Shown: in pieces, positions 25,139-29,632 of the stretch
Layout of the letters: each line of letters opens with the position of its first letter
Numbering within the stretch: position 1 is the first letter of the stretch
Virus record (IMG/VR): IMGVR_UViG_3300049444_000032
Coordinates: 1 to 29,632 of that record
DNA: 29,632 bases
Source of the DNA: a virus
Lineage: Duplodnaviria > Caudoviricetes
Reading direction: 5' to 3' (one strand)
Program-made: the position numbers and the translations under genes
The notes under the pieces: generated by a model
What the model was told of the DNA's origin: nothing
Databases searched by the model: none
What the model saw: the letters and a program-made list of their open reading frames with translations, nothing else

Positions 25139-25835
25139 AACTCTTTATTTCCTTAATCTCCGCTGTAAATGTCCCGAACGGCCCCGGCGTCTTACAACCG
25201 GGCCGCCAATCGCCGAGACCTTTGAATCGCCCCGCCATGTCAAAAATCGATTGCAGTACTTTCAAGTTGATTTCATCGTTAGTCGCAATGATCCTGCCTT
25301 CCGAGGTCCAATTATCGAATCGTGGCCTGACTCTGATATGCTTTGATGTTCCGATCTTTGCTCGCTTGACGAATAGGGAAAAATGCAGATCGCGCACGCG
25401 CGTATGATGTTCGGCGAAAGATTCAAGCTCGCGCATTTTGTTAATCTCTTTAATCGAAATCGTTGTACCTTCGACTTTGAGCGGCCAGTGAAAATCTTGA
25501 CAGACTAGCCCGCTTTGACTGAGCGATTTATAAGTGCCTTTGCCTTTGCCGGTCATGACCATCGCGCCGCCTTCCATCAAACAGCGCATGAAATACTCCG
25601 ACGGGATGATCACAATATTTCCATCAGTATTGAGGCAACCGATCCAACGCCACGGAGGCGTGCGATCATCGCCCGCTTTTGATTTTGGTTTATTGGCTGG
25701 CTCATTTTTCCACGCGTCCATTTGATCCGACCAGTCAATATTGTCCGCGTGCATCAACAGCGGCATCGTGCCGGTGATATTTATTTGAAATGTTTTCATT
25801 TTTGCTTTTGCTGCCTTTCTTGTTTGCTGCGCCAT
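25137..25835 (-). CDS. Solo RAMP / Cas7-like RNA-binding protein (Vipr-like)
   Basis: First strand INITGTMPLLMH, IIPSEYFMRCLMEGG (equivalent to RAMP IPGSSLKG), IRVRPRFDNW, C-terminal Gly-rich loop GLGDWRPG...GPFGTF. Confidence 0.75.
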   Translation of the reverse strand: MAQQTRKAAKAKMKTFQINITGTMPLLMHADNIDWSDQMDAWKNEPANKPKSKAGDDRTPPWRWIGCLNTDGNIVIIPSEYFMRCLMEGGAMVMTGKGKGTYKSLSQSGLVCQDFHWPLKVEGTTISIKEINKMRELESFAEHHTRVRDLHFSLFVKRAKIGTSKHIRVRPRFDNWTSEGRIIATNDEINLKVLQSIFDMAGRFKGLGDWRPGCKTPGPFGTFTAEIKEIKS

Positions 25836-25932
25836 TGGCGCCCTTGCCGCGCCTTGCCGTGCCCCGCCTTACCAAACCGCGCCAAACCGTACCGCGCCAA
25901 CGCCTCGCCCTCGCCGAACCCTGCCGTGCCCG
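25829..25932 (-). ncRNA. GGY-NN pentamer array A with conserved 3' hairpin motif
   Basis: About 18-19 units (two are 6 nt) starting right after the immunity-gene TAA; the terminal 20-mer contains the in-frame ATG at 25835. Confidence 0.78.
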
Positions 25933-25933
25933 G

Positions 25934-26143
25934 TTATTTGCTTTCGATCAACTCCGGTTTTTCCACCACGGCCCAAATCAGCGCGGCGACCCAGCCTAAA
26001 ATCGTCCAGCCGAAAAGCATGTTGATAAAAAAGATCGCACCTTGATGGCCAGTCTTGCGAGTCGATGCGATGACGCAAGGCAGTAGATAAAAGACTACGA
26101 TCAAAAACAAAATCGCAAACGTCATAAACATATGTGCTTCCAT
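25934..26143 (-). CDS. Superinfection immunity protein (T4 Imm-like)
   Basis: FYLLPCVIA..RK...AIFFINMLFGWTILGWVAALIWAV; likely start ATG 26143. Confidence 0.88.
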   Translation of the reverse strand: MEAHMFMTFAILFLIVVFYLLPCVIASTRKTGHQGAIFFINMLFGWTILGWVAALIWAVVEKPELIESK

Positions 26144-26144
26144 G

Positions 26145-26249
26145 TTATTTGTCCTTCCTGCTATGCCACCAGACATAGAGTACGCCACCGAAAATAAAGC
26201 CCGCCGTCAGAATCGCTATTGAAATCATTTCATTGATAGTCATAGTCAT
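26145..26249 (-). CDS. Small single-TM peptide, 34 aa (not in ORF track)
   Basis: GGGGGAG SD, then MTMTINEMISIAILTAGFIFGGVLYVWWHSRKDK. Confidence 0.5.
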   Translation of the reverse strand: MTMTINEMISIAILTAGFIFGGVLYVWWHSRKDK

Positions 26250-26259
26250 CTCCCCCTTG

Positions 26260-27030
26260 TCACCAGGCAGCCAGTATCCGCGCTAGTTCGATAGCGTCCC
26301 ACGAAATAGAGTTCACCAGATCACCCTCCCAATTAAATCCCAGACTCCACAAATCATTGCGTATCCCCGGCAATATCCGATTTCCCATTTCATGTTCGAG
26401 GTCGATCATATTTTGCATACCCCACCAAAGCCGCTCTAGCTGCCACTCGGAGCAATGAATCCTATTGTTACCAGATTCGAGCAATAAGCAGGTAGCCGCA
26501 CGATCAGCCGTAATGCGAACCATGTCGGCCCATGCGTAAAACGATATGGTGTTGCTGACCAGCCAGTTAGAGTATGGCGCCGTAGGATCGCTCTCTGGCA
26601 TGTACCATAAGCCCAACTGAGAAGCCTCCAGATATACTGGATAAGCCGGATCGCCATAGCGCGGATCAATGGGATCTCTTTGAATGAGTCTGTTGGCTTG
26701 CGCATAGACCCTACTACTCGCTGCGACATGCGCCATATAGCCGCAAACGAGAAAACTTGGGAACGAAAAGAAGTCTGCCGACGGGCTGCACCAATAACCA
26801 GCGGCATTGTCGGCCCCCGCCGCCGCTCGGTCATAATCGTTCGCAGCAACTTCCGCTGCACTTTTCTTTTCATTGTTTATGACCTGAGGCAGCATCAACC
26901 CCGTCAGCCCAGGCACCGAGAACTGCTGCGGGATTATGAATATCGGAGGGGGAAGATTGAAATCGTTCCCCTGCGCCCAGACATCCGGTGCGTAGATAAG
27001 AAATACCATCAGAAAAACAAACCTTTTCAT
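26260..27030 (-). CDS. Secreted/periplasmic hypothetical protein
   Basis: GGAGG SD; signal peptide MKRFVFLMVFLIYAPDVWA; four Cys. Confidence 0.7.
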   Translation of the reverse strand: MKRFVFLMVFLIYAPDVWAQGNDFNLPPPIFIIPQQFSVPGLTGLMLPQVINNEKKSAAEVAANDYDRAAAGADNAAGYWCSPSADFFSFPSFLVCGYMAHVAASSRVYAQANRLIQRDPIDPRYGDPAYPVYLEASQLGLWYMPESDPTAPYSNWLVSNTISFYAWADMVRITADRAATCLLLESGNNRIHCSEWQLERLWWGMQNMIDLEHEMGNRILPGIRNDLWSLGFNWEGDLVNSISWDAIELARILAAW

Positions 27031-27083
27031 TCGGACCTCCCTCTTGACGTTGGAGGCCCGTTTTTGGCAAACTTGATTTGCGT

Positions 27084-27302
27084 TTATCTAGCTCGCCTCA
27101 CACGGGCCGGGTTGATATTAAGAGGGGTTGAAGTTCGCGCTTCAGCCCCTCGCGCTTTTTGCCTTTTCTTTCGCACTCCGTTTAACTCCATGATGGTGGG
27201 AGCCCGCCGCCGACCAGCTCCGGCGGCGGGCCTGTCTAGGCAGGGCGATTCCTTGTCCAGTTGATCGAGCGTGTAGTCGATCATGTCGTCGAGATCGTCC
27301 AT
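27084..27302 (-). CDS. Hypothetical protein
   Basis: Acidic N-terminus, basic C-terminus. Confidence 0.45.
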   Translation of the reverse strand: MDDLDDMIDYTLDQLDKESPCLDRPAAGAGRRRAPTIMELNGVRKKRQKARGAEARTSTPLNINPARVRRAR

Positions 27303-27475
27303 GAGTTCCACCCGTTCGGCGCCTTGCGTTGTTCTTGCGGGATGTAGTGCGCGCCGTCATTGCTGAAGGCGAAGCTCTCCCAGAGCCATTTTTCAAATTT
27401 CAAATTCTTGAACTTTGGCCCGGTGCGTCGCGCATTGACCAAAGACCGTAAAAACTCCGCGTGCGTGATCTTCAT
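27281..27475 (-). CDS. Hypothetical protein
   Basis: MKITHAEFLRSLVNARR...; ATGA-coupled. Confidence 0.55.
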   Translation of the reverse strand: MKITHAEFLRSLVNARRTGPKFKNLKFEKWLWESFAFSNDGAHYIPQEQRKAPNGWNSWTISTT

Positions 27476-27606
27476 CTCACGACCGCCCCTATGTACTCGG
27501 CGGCTTTGTCGTCCGCGCTCGTCATCCAACCGGCGAAGCCGATCAGAGCGACGAATACGAGCACGATCGCGATAGCCATTAGCTGATCCAGGATTTCGTC
27601 AATCAT
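27472..27606 (-). CDS. Small single-TM protein
   Basis: MIDEILDQLMAIAIVLVFVALIGFAGWM...; ATGA-coupled to the cro-like gene. Confidence 0.55.
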   Translation of the reverse strand: MIDEILDQLMAIAIVLVFVALIGFAGWMTSADDKAAEYIGAVVR

Positions 27607-27806
27607 GCCGCCTTCCCTTCTTCGTTGCGTAGTTCTGCCACGGTTAAGCCGAGCTCGGTCGCGAGCCGCTTCTCTAAGCGCCGGCTGGTAAATTCCTGAT
27701 TTAAAAACTTGTGAACCGTCGACGGCCTGAGCCGCCACTTCTTAGCCAGGTCAATCTGGCGCAGCCCCTTTTCGCGCAGCTTGCGCTTGACGTCTTTCAC
27801 GGTCAT
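27603..27806 (-). CDS. Cro/Ner-like HTH regulator
   Basis: VKRKLREKGLRQIDLAKKWRLRPSTVHKFL; AAGGAG SD; divergent from the repressor. Confidence 0.85.
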   Translation of the reverse strand: MTVKDVKRKLREKGLRQIDLAKKWRLRPSTVHKFLNQEFTSRRLEKRLATELGLTVAELRNEEGKAA

Positions 27807-27855
27807 GTGCTTAAACTCCTTGTCGATTGATTGACTGAGTTGATTGAGTGAAACG

Positions 27856-27889
27856 TTACTTTACCGGAAATAAATTACAGGTCAAGTAA
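27856..27889. promoter_or_regulatory. Operator-like inverted repeat overlapping a putative leftward sigma70 promoter
   Basis: TTACTTTACC-N14-GGTCAAGTAA; minus strand TTGACC-N16-TAAAGT. Confidence 0.55.
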
Positions 27890-27892
27890 AAA

Positions 27893-28366
27893 ATGTCTGT
27901 AGCAGTAAAAAAGGAGCCAGCGTCGATCCGCGAGATAGGTGCCAAGCTCGCGAACTTTCGTAAAAAATTGGCTATTGCCATCGGCCAGAAAAAAATTACG
28001 CAAGGCGAGTTCGGCGAGATGTTCGCGTGCGGCGCGTCGGGCCGCGTCATCGCTTCCTATGAGCTGGGCGATGTCGATCCGCCCGCTTCCCTGCTCTATA
28101 GGATTTGGAAGAGCGGCAATTCGATTGACCAGATTTTCAACGAGGGCGGGATAGCCGAGTCGGGCCGCGCGGCGGCTTTACAGCTTTACCAAAACTCGAT
28201 CAGTGCGAACCTTAAAACGATGGATCAGAGCGAGCGTCAACGGTTACTGAAGGAGATTGAGAATGACAAAAGGGCCAAGAATATCCCAACTCAAGAAACT
28301 ACTTCTCGCCCTATCGGTAAGCGAAAGGCAAGTCATGGTGCGTCGGGCAAAACTAAGAAGCGTTAG
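27893..28366 (+). CDS. CI-like XRE-family repressor
   Basis: IGAKLANFRKK...ITQGEFGEMF...VIASYELGDVDPPASLL; divergent from cro; no obvious SD; no recognisable S24 peptidase domain. Confidence 0.85.
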   Translation: MSVAVKKEPASIREIGAKLANFRKKLAIAIGQKKITQGEFGEMFACGASGRVIASYELGDVDPPASLLYRIWKSGNSIDQIFNEGGIAESGRAAALQLYQNSISANLKTMDQSERQRLLKEIENDKRAKNIPTQETTSRPIGKRKASHGASGKTKKR

Positions 28367-28892
28367 CGGACAAGAACGGCCAAAAGATGAAAAACATCAA
28401 CAAATTCAACAAGATATGTTACTCCGAAACGATATATTATGTAAACTTTCCGACCCAAATTCGACCATAAGTAACCCGTCAAGTAAAACTTTACGGCACG
28501 GGGATTGCGCTACTCCCCCGACCGTGGCACCGCCCAAACCAAATACGCCCGCAAGTCCGGTCAATAACTTTCCCGCGTACTCGGGCGACGAGGGCGGCGT
28601 ACCGGATGCGCTCACCTTGGAGGTATTTGCACTGCGGCGGCGAAATGCAGAGCTTGTGGCCAAGGTCGAATCGTTGAATAACAAACTGACCCGGGTATTG
28701 GAGTGTCTGCAATCGCTTCGGCGTTTTTTCCGCTTGTGGATATATGAGGGCCAAGGCGAGAGTTACGACGCCATTACAGGACGTATGAGCAAGATCGACG
28801 TCATGATCGATCTTATCGAGGATCGCATGGTCGGCGACGCCCCGCCGCTTCATGTATCGAAACGCTGGCGTACATCAATGGATAATGGATAA
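28257..28892 (+). CDS. Hypothetical coiled-coil protein downstream of the repressor (true start probably later)
   Basis: ALRRRNAELVAKVESLNNKLTRVLECLQSL heptads. Confidence 0.55.
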   Translation: MRMTKGPRISQLKKLLLALSVSERQVMVRRAKLRSVSGQERPKDEKHQQIQQDMLLRNDILCKLSDPNSTISNPSSKTLRHGDCATPPTVAPPKPNTPASPVNNFPAYSGDEGGVPDALTLEVFALRRRNAELVAKVESLNNKLTRVLECLQSLRRFFRLWIYEGQGESYDAITGRMSKIDVMIDLIEDRMVGDAPPLHVSKRWRTSMDNG

Positions 28893-28908
28893 TTGAGAAT
28901 TGAAAATT
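28877..28908. repeat. Heptamer repeat arm (copy 3) at a convergent gene junction
   Basis: AATGGAT AATGGAT AATTGAG AATTGAA AATT; short inverted remnant AATTATCCATT at 29105-29115. Confidence 0.75.
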
Positions 28909-29114
28909 TATTCGGTCTCTTTTGGCATCATGAGCGATTCGTATTTGGTGAGCGCCTCAAAAAGCAATTTACTTGAATAATCGATAGCCGGGTCGTCGAT
29001 ATTGTGCGAGTCGCGAAAGGCAAGCCACGCGCCGAGCAGATAACCGAGCGCCAGATGCCCCTCGGGTGTGAGCAAAGGACGCATATAAAATTCCCCCTCC
29101 AATAAATTATCCAT
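28908..29114 (-). CDS. Hypothetical protein (start possibly ATG 29084)
   Basis: GGAGGGG SD precedes MRPLLTPEG. Confidence 0.55.
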   Translation of the reverse strand: MDNLLEGEFYMRPLLTPEGHLALGYLLGAWLAFRDSHNIDDPAIDYSSKLLFEALTKYESLMMPKETE

Positions 29115-29121
29115 TACGCCC

Positions 29122-29427
29122 CTACAAATTGCGTAATACCGGAAACTTGGCTATTTCCGTGCGCAGGTCAGAGGTCGGGAAGCTTAACTCGGCCTGGACC
29201 TCGAATACGCCGTATGGCATAAGATCGCCGTCGATGGTCGTGACCACTAGCTTGCCGTCGTTTCCCGGCGGATTGGAAAAGTTGGCCGGTTTTTCCAAAC
29301 GCACGCCGTTCGGTTTTTTGAACAGCAGTTTTTTGGTCGTCGCGCTCGATATGTCCCGCACGCTGCCGTCGCTATTGAGCACGCCGTATTCGATCGGTAT
29401 TCCTATCGCGTTTTCTTGAGCTGGCAT
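29122..29427 (-). CDS. BppU-N-like virion/baseplate-associated protein
   Basis: DGSVRDISSAT..LLFKKPNG...DGKL...GDL...G...QAEL...FPV.RNL pattern; GGAGG SD. Confidence 0.65.
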   Translation of the reverse strand: MPAQENAIGIPIEYGVLNSDGSVRDISSATTKKLLFKKPNGVRLEKPANFSNPPGNDGKLVVTTIDGDLMPYGVFEVQAELSFPTSDLRTEIAKFPVLRNL

Positions 29428-29429
29428 TT

Positions 29430-29632
29430 TTATGCGTCCTCCTGTTTATGGCATTCGCAATCGCAATAGACGTGAAACTGTTGGCCGATCATAATGACGC
29501 CATCGCAGGTATGATGATTGCCCCAGCGATGGCAGCGCTCCGATTTATCGAACACGATAAAGGGCGCGAACTCATTCATCGGGTCGAGCTTTAATTTTTC
29601 CCAATCTTCCGCTTGTACTTTTGTACTCTTTA
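29430..29632 (-). CDS. Partial Cys/His-rich protein (enters from right edge)
   Basis: ...ERCHRWGNHHTCDGVIMIGQQFHVYCDCECHKQEDA, stop at 29430-29432. Confidence 0.5.
   Translation of the reverse strand, partial: KSTKVQAEDWEKLKLDPMNEFAPFIVFDKSERCHRWGNHHTCDGVIMIGQQFHVYCDCECHKQEDA

Noticed and set aside
24210-25932. Canonical CRISPR array
   Set aside because: The repeat unit is 3 nt with 2-nt variable parts; the four 20-nt motifs are separated by pentamer runs and genes, not by 25-45 nt unique spacers; no cas1/cas2
28040-28085. Self-target of array D in the repressor gene (TATGAGCTGGGCGAT read as gapped dinucleotides)
   Set aside because: Only about four of the first several dinucleotides agree and the match does not extend; consistent with chance

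Overview
The window holds most of an HK97-like temperate siphophage genome, read almost entirely on the minus strand. From right to left it has: a CI/Cro-like switch (27.6-28.4 kb); an early operon with a superinfection-immunity gene, replication initiator and RusA-like resolvase; many small accessory ORFs; HNH-terS-terL-portal-protease-capsid; head-tail joining genes; tail tube; a frameshifted tail chaperone; an inserted HNH; tape measure; tail tip genes; and the start of a fibre-like gene running off the left edge. The standout is 24.2-25.9 kb. There a solo RAMP/Cas7-like gene and a partner gene are interleaved with four non-coding arrays of about 19-27 pentamers (GGY plus a variable NN). 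Each array ends in the identical 20-nt hairpin-containing motif GGCAAGGGCGCCAATGGCGC. This looks like a compact non-CRISPR RNA-guided system (VIPR-like; recalled from memory, not verified here). Other notable signals: heptamer-built palindromes at gene junctions, a probable second -1 frameshift next to a REP-like hairpin, three perfect DnaA boxes inside a tail gene, and phased repeats beside an Xis-like gene in the head module. No integrase or lysis genes are visible. All protein calls come from motif recognition and gene order, with no database searches.
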